Source of the DNA: an uncultured delta proteobacterium
GTDB taxonomy: Bacteria; Myxococcota_A; Polyangia; Fen-1088
Reading direction: 5' to 3'
Assembly (NCBI GenBank): GCA_963796685.1
Contig: CAWCMR010000013.1
Location: forward strand, 128,001-192,000
Length of the DNA stretch: 64,000 nt
Positions 21,793-31,061 of the stretch are shown here, in pieces. The stretch's first letter is position 1; the number at the start of each line of letters is the position of its first letter. The notes under the pieces were generated by a model. The model had not been told where the DNA came from and made no database searches. It saw nothing but the letters and a program-made list of their open reading frames with translations. The position numbers and the translations under genes were made by a program.

Positions 21793-23182
21793 CGTGGTCG
21801 CGCCGCCTCATGCTGGTCATGGATTCGCTGGTGCCTCCGGTAACGAGCTCGTAGAGCACGGCGCGTTTGCCTTCCCCTTTGCGCAGGATACGGCCGAGGC
21901 GCTGCACGTGCTCGCGCACCGAACCGCTGCCCGACATCACGATGGCCACGTTGGCCTCCGGGATATCGACGCCCTCGTTGAGCACCTTCGACGTGGCGAT
22001 GGCGGCATAGACGCCCTGGGAGAAGGCCTGCAAGATCGCACTGCGCTCGCTGACCCGGGTGTGGTGGGTGATGGCCGGAATGAGGAACCTGCGCGACAGG
22101 AGATAGACGGTGGCGTTGTCCTGGGTGAAGACGATGGTTCTGTCCTCGCGGTGCTGGTGCAATAGCCGCTCCACGTAATCGAGCTTGGCCGGTGCCGTGA
22201 AGGCGATTTCGCGCTGGCGGCGGTAGGCGGCGAAGGCTCGCTGTCCCTCGGGGGTGCGCGAAGAACGAATGATGAAATCGGAAAAGCCGCGCGGGCTGGC
22301 CATGGAAATGCCGTGGTCGGCGAGGAATTGGCGGTAGAGGGCGCGTTCCCGGTCGTATTCGGCACGCTCCGCGGCGGACAGATCGATGGCCACGCGCACG
22401 GTCTCGTAGCTCGACAGATATTCCCCCGCCAGCTCGACGATGTCCTTGCGGTACACGATGGGGCCCACGAGCTCGTCCAAGACGGGATCGCGGCCGTCGG
22501 TGCGTTCGGGCGTCGCGGTCAGACCCAGGCGAAAGGGCGCCAGGCAGAAGCGCGCGCCAAGGGCGTAGCTTTCGCCGGGCAGGTGATGGCACTCGTCGAA
22601 TACCACCAGACCGAATCGGCAGCCGAGGTGCTCCATGTGCAGGTACGCCGAATCGTAGGTCGTGACCGTGAGCGCCTGCACGTCGTAGTCGCCGCCGCCG
22701 ACGATGCCGATCTTCGACGCGAAGGTGGCGCGCAGCCCGTCATGCCACTGGCGAACCAGATCCAGGGTCGGCGTGACGACGAGGGTGCTACGCTGACGGT
22801 CGTCGATGGCCATGTGCGCGACAAGGGTTTTGCCCGCCCCGGTCGGCAGGACCACGACGCCCCGAAAGCCGGCGGCCTTCCAGGCCGACAGCGCGCCGGT
22901 TTGATAGGGGCGCGGTTCGCGATGCACGAGCGCGGGTGTGGCAAGGGTCTCGTAGCGTCGAGCCTCATCGCGGTACGGGACCTTCATCGTCCGCAAGGCG
23001 CGTACGATCTCCGCGTAACGGCAGGCCGGCGCACGCAGACAAGCGCTGCGCTCGTCCCACGCGCAATCTCTTGCCAGTCCGGCCGCCTGCGCAGGCAGGC
23101 CGGCAATCTCGACCGTGCCGGCCACGAAACGCAAGGATACCCCCGAGCTTGGGGTCTGCGCTGAACTATCCGTGGCCGTCAC
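21779..23182 (-). CDS. XPB/Rad25-like superfamily 2 DNA helicase
   Basis: PRPYQ Q-motif, Walker A LPTGAGKT, motif II FDECHH, motif III LTAT, VLNEGVDIP, QRLGRILR. Confidence 0.9.
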   Translation of the reverse strand: MTATDSSAQTPSSGVSLRFVAGTVEIAGLPAQAAGLARDCAWDERSACLRAPACRYAEIVRALRTMKVPYRDEARRYETLATPALVHREPRPYQTGALSAWKAAGFRGVVVLPTGAGKTLVAHMAIDDRQRSTLVVTPTLDLVRQWHDGLRATFASKIGIVGGGDYDVQALTVTTYDSAYLHMEHLGCRFGLVVFDECHHLPGESYALGARFCLAPFRLGLTATPERTDGRDPVLDELVGPIVYRKDIVELAGEYLSSYETVRVAIDLSAAERAEYDRERALYRQFLADHGISMASPRGFSDFIIRSSRTPEGQRAFAAYRRQREIAFTAPAKLDYVERLLHQHREDRTIVFTQDNATVYLLSRRFLIPAITHHTRVSERSAILQAFSQGVYAAIATSKVLNEGVDIPEANVAIVMSGSGSVREHVQRLGRILRKGEGKRAVLYELVTGGTSESMTSMRRRDHVAYR

Positions 23183-23221
23183 GCGCGCGAGTCTGTCACA
23201 GCCCGGCGCTTTCGTGCGCCC

Positions 23222-23256
23222 AAGTTGGGTAGGTCGCGAAGTTGGGTAGGGTCGCG
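23222..23256. repeat. Tandem duplication AAGTTGGGTAG(G)GTCGCG x2
   Basis: Directly visible between the YceI stop and the helicase promoter region. Confidence 0.75.
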
Positions 23257-23263
23257 CTCGGAG

Positions 23264-23833
23264 CTACGGATTGGCCGTGATGTCTGCCTTGCCTACGATG
23301 GTGATGAGGTCATCCACGGGGATGAACAGCAGGCTCGGCCTTTCGATCTTGTGCGCGGTCAGGCTCTCGGGGAACTCGAAGCTGACGTGGAAATGCGTGC
23401 CGTCGTTGGTCTGCAGGGTGATGTCGATGGGATGGCTTACCGCCACGCCGTGCAGCTCGACGGACGCCTGAACCGCGATCTTGGTGGTGCCGTGGGTCGG
23501 CAGCTTGAAACCGGGCAGGGCCGCACGCACCGACACCCACGGGTACTTCTCGCCATCGACGGTTTCCATCATATGGGCGTCGCGGTTGGCGTTGTCACTG
23601 TCGAAGGTCCCCACCTGGGCGCGCGCCATGACCTTGAGCCCGGAGGCATCCACGGTTCCGCGCACCTCCATCGCCTTGCTGACCCCCGCGATCTTGTGAA
23701 ATTTGTGCACCATGTGGTACTCGACCGTTCCCATCCCGGACAGATGAACGGTCTGCGCGTAGCCGACGCCGGAGCCGGCAAGGAAGGCCGCAGCCAGTGC
23801 CACGAACGGGATGATGATGCGCCTGTAAATCAT
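23264..23833 (-). CDS. YceI family periplasmic lipid/polyisoprenoid-binding protein
   Basis: Signal peptide, FDSDNANRDAHM, KYP and VELHGV motifs typical of YceI. Confidence 0.8.
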   Translation of the reverse strand: MIYRRIIIPFVALAAAFLAGSGVGYAQTVHLSGMGTVEYHMVHKFHKIAGVSKAMEVRGTVDASGLKVMARAQVGTFDSDNANRDAHMMETVDGEKYPWVSVRAALPGFKLPTHGTTKIAVQASVELHGVAVSHPIDITLQTNDGTHFHVSFEFPESLTAHKIERPSLLFIPVDDLITIVGKADITANP

Positions 23834-24067
23834 GGGTCGGTATCCTTTCGTCGCGTTTCGGAGGTTCGTGTACGGACTCGCTTCTGTGCCGCCGCCCATG
23901 CTTCCCTTGGAACTCAGTACCCCGCGCTCGGTCGGATCAGGCAGGACGTGCGCTAGGGCGATTCGCATGACCAGAATAAGATGTCCAAGCGTGCCTCGAC
24001 GTTTCATGCGAGCTTCGCCTTCGACGTTCAAGTTCTCGATTTTGGAGCGCATATTCCGCATTTGTCC

Positions 24068-25552
24068 ATGAAGCGTCCCGTCCAGGTTTTCGCCTTCGCC
24101 CTGTTGGTCTTCGCGGTGGCGTGGAATTTTGCGGTGGCAACGACTTTTCTGGGCGACGACTATCTCTTTCGCGCTTTCGCTCGCCTGGAGGTCAACCCTT
24201 TGCTTGCCTTCGTCGCCGACAAGCACGGGGGCGAATACTACCGGCCGCTACCCATGCTCCTGTGGTGGCTGCTCGAACGGGCTTCGGGCGGACGGGCTTG
24301 GGTATTCGCGCTCGCCGCATTTCTGCAACACGCCTCGTGCGCCCTGCTGGTGGTTTTGGTGGGGCGCAGGATCGGGCTCACTGCCAAAGGCGCACCACTG
24401 GCTGGCTGTCTGTTCTTCGTTGCGCCCGCCGAACGCGAGGCTGCCCTGTGGTTCTCGGCCAGCACCGATCTTCTCGCGACCATGGCGATGCTGGGGACAC
24501 TCGTGTGCTTTCTTTCGCCTCGACCCTGGTTGCGCCGGCTTTCGATCGCGGCGGCGGCGGCGGCTTTTCTCTGCAAGGAAAGCGCGCTGGTATTGCCCGC
24601 GTTGCTCGCCGGAGCCTGCTGGTTCACTGCACGGCGCCACGGTCGTCCGCACTCCGTTGCGCGATGCCTGAGGTCGGTCTTGCCCCACGGGGTGGTGGCT
24701 GCCTTGTTTCTCGTTGCGCGCACGCTGGTCTTGCACGGGGTCGGCGGGACCAACGATCCGCTGGCGCCGGGGTGGGGCCGAGCGGTGCAACTTGCCGCGG
24801 GTTTGCTTCATGCAACGACGGGCTACGCTCCCTTGCCGGAATGGGTGGCCTTGCTGGCGGGAGCGTGTCTGCTGGCTTGGGCCACGGTGGTAGCGTTGCG
24901 CCAGAGAGCCTTGGCCGGGTTCGCGCTGTTGTGGGTCGTGATTGCGCTTGCGCCCTTGCCCGCGGCAGGCTGGGTCGTGGGTGCAAGGTATTTCTACGCT
25001 GCGGCGGTCGGGCTCATGCTGCTCCTCGCCCTGGCGCTGGAGAAGGCCGGCGGCCTTGCCTCGGCCTTCGCGATCGTCCTGTTCCTCGGCCTCGGCGCTC
25101 TGTCGGGTCAGCAACGGGCCACCGAGATCACGCTCTATCGGCGGGCCGTCGCGGCTGCCAGCACCGGGGTCGCCGAAGGCGTTTTGCGCGGGCAGCGAAT
25201 CTTCTTGGTGACCGGCGGCGTGAAGGATTTGGACCTCGCCATCAAGCTGGATCGCGATGCCCCGGCCGCCGTTCGCAGCGCCGTGGTGATTCCGGACGTG
25301 CCCGCGTCCTTCCTATGGTTGCCTCCCGAGCTGGCCGGTCGCCTCGACTTCCTGCTCGCGCGGCCGCCGTTGCCGCCCTCCGGAGCCTACCGTTTCGGCA
25401 GCGCCAGGCTGGTAGGGCTGGCGCGTCGGGAGGACGCCCCCGACCTCGACGAGGTGCTGACTCGTCTCCCCGAGCTCAGAATGCTGCGCCTTGTCTACAA
25501 GGGCAGGGAAGTTTCCGTCGAGGATCGGACCGAGCAGTACAGGCGCGAGTAG
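24068..25552 (+). CDS. Polytopic membrane protein, GT-C (ArnT/PMT-like) glycosyltransferase-like
   Basis: About 10 TM helices, FLGDDY after the first TM, YYRPL, LCKESA and ARYFY motifs. Confidence 0.6.
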   Translation: MKRPVQVFAFALLVFAVAWNFAVATTFLGDDYLFRAFARLEVNPLLAFVADKHGGEYYRPLPMLLWWLLERASGGRAWVFALAAFLQHASCALLVVLVGRRIGLTAKGAPLAGCLFFVAPAEREAALWFSASTDLLATMAMLGTLVCFLSPRPWLRRLSIAAAAAAFLCKESALVLPALLAGACWFTARRHGRPHSVARCLRSVLPHGVVAALFLVARTLVLHGVGGTNDPLAPGWGRAVQLAAGLLHATTGYAPLPEWVALLAGACLLAWATVVALRQRALAGFALLWVVIALAPLPAAGWVVGARYFYAAAVGLMLLLALALEKAGGLASAFAIVLFLGLGALSGQQRATEITLYRRAVAAASTGVAEGVLRGQRIFLVTGGVKDLDLAIKLDRDAPAAVRSAVVIPDVPASFLWLPPELAGRLDFLLARPPLPPSGAYRFGSARLVGLARREDAPDLDEVLTRLPELRMLRLVYKGREVSVEDRTEQYRRE

Positions 25553-25607
25553 TTTGCGTGCTTCTCGACCGCCAAGGCATCGCGTACCATGAAGCACGGC
25601 GGTCACC

Positions 25608-26489
25608 ATGGCAAAATCCCAGGCAACCCATCTCGAGCTGATCAAGTCGGCGGTCGCGCTCGCGTCCAAGCGGACGTTCGACCATTTGCTGTACGTCGGA
25701 GATCTCCTCCTGCCCGAAGACGTCTTTCGCGGCAAGTCGGGGGCGCGCAAGAAGCTGGTGCAGGCCGTGGTCAGCGAAGCCCAGCGTGCCGTGGTCGAGG
25801 CTTCGGGCGTGCGGGTCATCCCCCTGCCCCAGTACGATCTCGGGCGTGCGGAAAAGTTGAAGCTTGCCCTGGTCAGCGGCATCGCCCGCGGCATCTACGC
25901 CGAGGGCGACGTCGTGGTGGCGTTGCTTTCGGCGCGCCCGGTGGGCAAACCAGACTCGATTCTGGTGGTGAACGTCGGTCCGGATGATCAGGATGTGGGC
26001 TTCGGCTTTTTGCGCAGCGAGGGGGTATCGCCCGAGATTCTCGAAGCCCTCATCGACCTGGCGGTAACCATCGGCGTCGAGGGCTGGGAAGGCCGGCCCG
26101 TGGGCTCGCTGTTCGTCATCGGCGACTCGAACAAGGTCATGGAGCAGTCGCGGCCCCTCAGCCTGAATCCGTTCCAGGGTTATTCCGAGGACGAGCGCAA
26201 CATGCTGAATCCCGAGGTCAAGCGGGCGCTGCGCGCCTTCGCGGTGCTGGATGGAGCCTTCGTCTTGCGCGAGGACGGCGTGGTCCTGGCCGCCGGGCGC
26301 TATCTCAATTTCGAAGAGAAAGAGGTGCGCATCCCGCTCGGCCTCGGCTCGCGCCACATGGCCGCCGCCGGAATCACCCACGAGACGGATGCCATCGCCG
26401 TGGTCATTTCCCAGACCTCCGGTACCGTCCGCGTCTTTCGCCACGGCCGGGCCGTGCTCGAGCTGGCGTCGCGCGTGCGTCGCTCGTAA
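25608..26489 (+). CDS. Diadenylate cyclase (DisA_N/DAC domain, DacZ-like cytoplasmic architecture)
   Basis: EGWEGRPVGSLFVIGD, NPFQGY, catalytic DGA, GLGSRHMAA, VVISQTSGTVRVF; soluble N-terminal domain with no TM. Confidence 0.85.
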   Translation: MAKSQATHLELIKSAVALASKRTFDHLLYVGDLLLPEDVFRGKSGARKKLVQAVVSEAQRAVVEASGVRVIPLPQYDLGRAEKLKLALVSGIARGIYAEGDVVVALLSARPVGKPDSILVVNVGPDDQDVGFGFLRSEGVSPEILEALIDLAVTIGVEGWEGRPVGSLFVIGDSNKVMEQSRPLSLNPFQGYSEDERNMLNPEVKRALRAFAVLDGAFVLREDGVVLAAGRYLNFEEKEVRIPLGLGSRHMAAAGITHETDAIAVVISQTSGTVRVFRHGRAVLELASRVRRS

Positions 26490-26547
26490 ACCAGGACCTT
26501 CAAGTAGCCCTCGGGGGCTCCGCGGCATCCAATGCCCCGGAGGAACC

Positions 26548-28077
26548 ATGCTTGAAACACCACCCCTCAAAGGTCCGGACCTCGCCCAGGGCATGGAGCT
26601 CGACGCGCTTTCGGACGGCGTTGCGGTCGAAGGGCACTTCCACGGCGAGCCGGTATTGCTGGTGCGTCGTGGTGACGAAATCTTCGCCGTGGCCGCTCGC
26701 TGTTCTCACTATGGGGCGCCACTCGAGGATGGTCTGGTGGTCGGGGAGAGCGTGCGCTGCCCGTGGCACCACGCGTGCTTCTCGCTCCGTAGCGGGGAGG
26801 CGCTACGCCCGCCGGCACTGAATGCCTTGGATTGCTACACGGTCGAGCGCGTGGCGAACCGTGTCCGCATTGTCGGGAAGCGCGGGTTCAGGCTGGTTCG
26901 CACGCCCGTTTCGGCGCCGTCTTCCATCGTCATCGTCGGAACCGGCGCCGCAGGCAGCGCGGCCGCCGAGACGCTGCGCCGCGAGGGATACCGCGGAACC
27001 ATCACCTTGCTCGGTGCCGACGCCGAAGCTCCCTACGACCGGCCCAATCTGTCCAAGGACTACCTCGCCGGAACCGCGCCCGAAGAATGGATCCCGCTCA
27101 GGTCCCGCGATTACTACCAGGAACAGGGCATCGTCCTGCGCACGGGTACGCGCGTGGCGAGCATCGACGTCAAGGCGCGGACGGTCGTGCTCGAAGGAGC
27201 CGAGGCGATTCCCTTCGGTGCCCTTCTGCTGGCGACCGGCGCTCGGCCGCGTCGCCTGGACATTGTCGGCGCCGAGCTTCCCCACGTCCTGACCTTGCGC
27301 AGCCTGGCCGACAGCCGCGCCCTGATCGAACGAGCCAAGGCCGCCAGCCGCGCGGTCGTCATCGGCGCCGGCTTCATTGGTCTGGAGGTCGCCGCTTCCC
27401 TGCGTACCCGGGGCATCGAGGTCCACCTCGTGGCGCCGGATGCCCGGCCGCTCGAACGCGTTCTCGGTGCCGAGCTCGCGGACATGATCCGGGATATTCA
27501 CGAATCCCATGGCGTGGTCTTTCACCTGGGCACCCAACCCACGGCTATTCGCGAGGGGCACGTCGTGCTGGCGACCGGCGAATCCCTGGCCGCCGATCTG
27601 GTCGTGGTGGGGGTGGGGGTCACGCCGGAGACGGAGCTGGCGGCGCGGGCGGGCCTGACTGTGGATCGCGGTGTGAACGTGAACGCCTATCTCCAGACCA
27701 GCGACCCCGGAATCTTTGCCGCGGGCGACCTCGCCCGCTGGCCCGATCCGCACACCGGCGCCCTCATTCGTGTCGAGCACTGGACCGTGGCCCAGCGCCA
27801 AGGCCAGACCGCTGCACGCAACATGCTGGGGGCGCGCGAGCCCTTCGACGCCGTGCCATTCTTCTGGAGCGCCCATTTCGACGTCACGGTTTCCTATGTC
27901 GGCCACGCCGAATCTTGGGACCGCATCGCGATCGACGGAGACGTCAAAGCCCACGACTGCCGCGTGGAGTATTGGCGGGGGACAAAGCGACTTGCCGTCG
28001 CGACGGTCAACCGCGACCGCGCCAGCCTGCAGGCGGAGGTCGAGCTGGAGACGGCGGAGCGACGACCGCGGTCCTAG
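26548..28077 (+). CDS. Rieske [2Fe-2S] plus FAD/NAD-dependent ferredoxin reductase fusion (AIF3-like)
   Basis: CSHYG...CPWHHACF Rieske motifs, GTGAAG FAD motif, YDRPNLSK, GAGFIG, FAAGD, RVEHW, VPFFWS; GGAGG RBS. Confidence 0.9.
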   Translation: MLETPPLKGPDLAQGMELDALSDGVAVEGHFHGEPVLLVRRGDEIFAVAARCSHYGAPLEDGLVVGESVRCPWHHACFSLRSGEALRPPALNALDCYTVERVANRVRIVGKRGFRLVRTPVSAPSSIVIVGTGAAGSAAAETLRREGYRGTITLLGADAEAPYDRPNLSKDYLAGTAPEEWIPLRSRDYYQEQGIVLRTGTRVASIDVKARTVVLEGAEAIPFGALLLATGARPRRLDIVGAELPHVLTLRSLADSRALIERAKAASRAVVIGAGFIGLEVAASLRTRGIEVHLVAPDARPLERVLGAELADMIRDIHESHGVVFHLGTQPTAIREGHVVLATGESLAADLVVVGVGVTPETELAARAGLTVDRGVNVNAYLQTSDPGIFAAGDLARWPDPHTGALIRVEHWTVAQRQGQTAARNMLGAREPFDAVPFFWSAHFDVTVSYVGHAESWDRIAIDGDVKAHDCRVEYWRGTKRLAVATVNRDRASLQAEVELETAERRPRS

Positions 28078-28787
28078 TTTTGGCCGCCGTCCATCGTGCC
28101 GCCGTCCATCGTGCCGCCATCCATGGTGCTGCCATCCGTCGCGCCGCTATCCAGCTCCGGACCCGTGGGGCCCCTGGCGCCACCGTCAGGTGCCTGGCAG
28201 ACGGAGAGACAAGGTCGGTCGATGCAGAGAAGCTGCAGGTGCCCCCGCAGATCGAGATCGACGAGGGGAACACCCGAGTCCCAGGTCTCCACGTGCAGGG
28301 TGGCCGTGGCCGACGTGAGCGGCATGGTGAATCGGGCATGACCATGCCTTGTCGCGCCGGCATCGGGCCAAGCCACGCGCGGATCCGCGAACACGAAGCT
28401 CGACTGCACAGTTCCATCGACAGCCACGAGCTTGGCCAAGAAATAGCCGGCAGCTCCTGTCGTGCCTTTGGCAGGAGGGTTGGCGGACACGCTCACGCCG
28501 GCCTCATCTTGGCGGACCAGATCGACGTCGAGGTCGCTCAGTGCGCCCTTGTCATCCAGCGCAAGGGAGACGGCAAGCACGTAGGGTCGGTCGACACAGG
28601 CGCACCCGTAGGCGCCCTGTCCGGAGCCTGCACACGCCCCGCCATCCGGACGACCACCCGGTGGGTAGTAGTAGCGGCCGCGGAGATCTCCTCCACAACC
28701 CGCTGCCATGATGATCAGCGCCACGCCCAACTCGAACGCTGTCGAGGGCCAGGCGCCAAGAAGGACAGATACGCCTGAGGTTTTCAT
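28074..28787 (-). CDS. Hypothetical lipoprotein with C-terminal MDGGT repeats
   Basis: Hydrophobic stretch ending MAAGC; 15-nt tandem repeats encoding (T)MDGG at the C-terminus. Start is uncertain. Confidence 0.55.
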   Translation of the reverse strand: MKTSGVSVLLGAWPSTAFELGVALIIMAAGCGGDLRGRYYYPPGGRPDGGACAGSGQGAYGCACVDRPYVLAVSLALDDKGALSDLDVDLVRQDEAGVSVSANPPAKGTTGAAGYFLAKLVAVDGTVQSSFVFADPRVAWPDAGATRHGHARFTMPLTSATATLHVETWDSGVPLVDLDLRGHLQLLCIDRPCLSVCQAPDGGARGPTGPELDSGATDGSTMDGGTMDGGTMDGGQN

Positions 28788-28978
28788 AAGTCCGAAATCT
28801 ACCACCGGCCATCATGCATGCATCCCTGGGTTGCACGCGGTTCTCGCATGGATGCACGGCAGCGACCTGAAATCGTGCCGATGGCGCGGGGTGCTCAGGC
28901 TCCGAAAGCCTACGCGTCGACATGCGGCGCCGCCGTCGTGCTCTTGCGTCCTCAAACCGATCCACAGACCAGATTGGG

Positions 28979-30254
28979 TTAATCCATCGCCTGCCGCACG
29001 CGCGCTTCCAGCTCGTCGACGGCGATCTCCGACTGCTGGCGCGTGGTCAGGTCGCGCAGGATGAGCTTGCCCGAGAGGATCTCGTTGTCGCCCACGATGA
29101 GGGCCAGACGCGCGCGCAGGGCGTCCGCGCGCTTGAGCTGCGCCTTGAGGCCGGCGTCGCGGTGCTCGATCTCGGTGCGGATGCCGGCAAGGCGCAAGCG
29201 GTGGGCGACGGGCAGGGCGAAGGTACGCGCCTTGTCGCCCAGGGCCGCGATGTAGAGGGTGAGGCCGGAGTCGAAGCTTTCCGCGGGCGCGGTCATGGCG
29301 AGGAGCAGCCGCTCCACGCCCAGGCCGAAGCCCATGGCCGGGACCTCGGGGCCGCCCAGGGACGACACCAGGCGATCGTAGCGGCCGCCACCGCACACGG
29401 TGTTCTGCGCACCCAGGTCGCCGACCTTGGCTTTGAGCTCGAAGATCGTGCCGGTGTAATAGTCGAGCCCACGCACGAGTCGCGGATCCAGGCGGCTCTC
29501 CACGCCCAGCGAGGCGAGGTGGCTTTGCACGGCCTCGAAGTGTTGCTTGGATGCGTCGCCGAGCACGTCGAGCAGGATGGGGGCCTGGGCGGCCAGGGCC
29601 TGTACGTCGGGATCCTTCGAATCGAGAATGCGCAGCGGGTTGGTGTCGAGCCGCTTGCGCGAAAACTCGTCGAGCTTGTCGGCGTGGGTCGTGAAGAAGG
29701 TACGCAAGGTCTCGCGGTAGGCCGTGCGCTCGTCGGGCGAGCCCAGGCTGTTGACCGCGACCTCAAGGTCGGAGGTCTTGATGCCGAGGTCGGCGAGCAG
29801 GGCGACGAGCATGGCGATCATTTCGGCGTCGATGGCCGGGCCAGGCAGCCCGAAGACCTCGGCGCCAATCTGGTGGAACTGGCGCAGTCGCCCGCGCTGG
29901 GCGCGCTCGTGGCGGAACATCGGGCCCATGTAGTACCAGCGCGTGACCGGCTCGCGGTTCCACTGCGAGCGCGAGATGTAGGCGCGGACCGCCGAGGCCG
30001 TCCCTTCGGGCCGCATGCTGACGCTGCTGCCGTCGCGGTCATCGAAGGTGTACATCTGCTTTTCCACCACCTCGGTGGCTTCGCCGACCGAGCGGGTGAA
30101 GAGCGGCGTGTACTCGAGGATGGGCGTGCGCAACTCGCGGTAGGCGAAGGCGTCGAGAAGGGTGCGCGCCTTCTCCTCGACGAATTGCCACTTCGCCACC
30201 TCGGGGGGCAGCACGTCGTTCATTCCTTTGACGTTCGGCGGGGAGCTCGTTCAC
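28979..30254 (-). CDS. hisS: Histidyl-tRNA synthetase (probable start GTG 30254 with an apparent +1 indel near 30243)
   Basis: KGMNDVLP, MRPEGTAS, MFRHERAQRGRLRQFHQ, LVRGLDYY, GGGRYD, GFGLGVERL. Confidence 0.95.
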
Positions 30255-30275
30255 GGCGGCTTTATAGCATCTCCT

Positions 30276-31025
30276 CTATTCCACGCGAACCACGGCGGCG
30301 CCAAGGCCAGCGACGACTTGTTCGCAGGCCCGAAGGACCGTGGCTTCGCCGCGACCGTCCAGGGTGATGAGCACCTTGTGGTCGACGGCATCGATGTGCG
30401 GGTAGGAACCGATGGCGACGTCAGGGAAGTCGGCCGCGGCTCGGTCGAGAACGTGGGCGATGGCGCCCTCGCCCTCGCGCGAATAGATGGCGCGACTGAA
30501 GAAGGGCGGGGCGGCGAAGCGATCGCGAATCATGGCGAACTTGCGCTGCATGATCGATGGCACACCGGGCAGGACGTAGACATTGCGATAGGCAACCACG
30601 GGCCAGCACGAATGGGAGACGCCTTCGCCGTAGATGAGGTTGGCGCCTTCGGGCACGTCGGCCATGCGCAGATCGCGCTCGAAGAAATGCTCCCCGCTGT
30701 AGGCGCGAATCATTTCGGCCAGGGCCGGGTCACGCACCACCGGCACCGAGAAGGCCGCGGCGATGGAGGCGATGGTCACGTCGTCGTGCGTGGGGCCGAT
30801 GCCCCCCGTGGTGAAGACCAAGTCGTAGGTTGCGGACAAGGCACGCACCGTGGCCGCGATTTCCGCCGGAACATCGGGAACGACCTCGATCCGGCGCACG
30901 GCCACGCCCAGCTTGCGCAGCTCGCGCACCAGAAACCGCGCGTTCTGCTCCTCGACTTTGCCGGAAAGAACCTCGTCGCCAATCACGACGATGGCGGCGG
31001 TGGGGCCTTGTCTGCTTTCACCCAT
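30276..31025 (-). CDS. CinA-like / molybdopterin-binding (MoCF-biosynthesis-fold) protein
   Basis: IGDEVLSG, TTGGIGPTHDDVT, LPGVP and IGSYP motifs. Confidence 0.85.
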   Translation of the reverse strand: MGESRQGPTAAIVVIGDEVLSGKVEEQNARFLVRELRKLGVAVRRIEVVPDVPAEIAATVRALSATYDLVFTTGGIGPTHDDVTIASIAAAFSVPVVRDPALAEMIRAYSGEHFFERDLRMADVPEGANLIYGEGVSHSCWPVVAYRNVYVLPGVPSIMQRKFAMIRDRFAAPPFFSRAIYSREGEGAIAHVLDRAAADFPDVAIGSYPHIDAVDHKVLITLDGRGEATVLRACEQVVAGLGAAVVRVE

Positions 31026-31061
31026 GGTTTGGGCGCAACCATACCGGGATTTGCGTGTCGT

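Noticed and set aside
28080-28160. MDGGT 15-nt repeats as a distinct element
   Set aside because: Ordinary low-complexity DGG linker of the kind common in myxobacterial lipoproteins.
28806-28978. Possible riboswitch (GGACGCAAGAGC, hairpins) upstream of the lipoprotein
   Set aside because: Only a fragment resembles the c-di-GMP-I motif, and the GCAAA/GNRA P2 elements are missing. An Infernal/Rfam scan would be needed.
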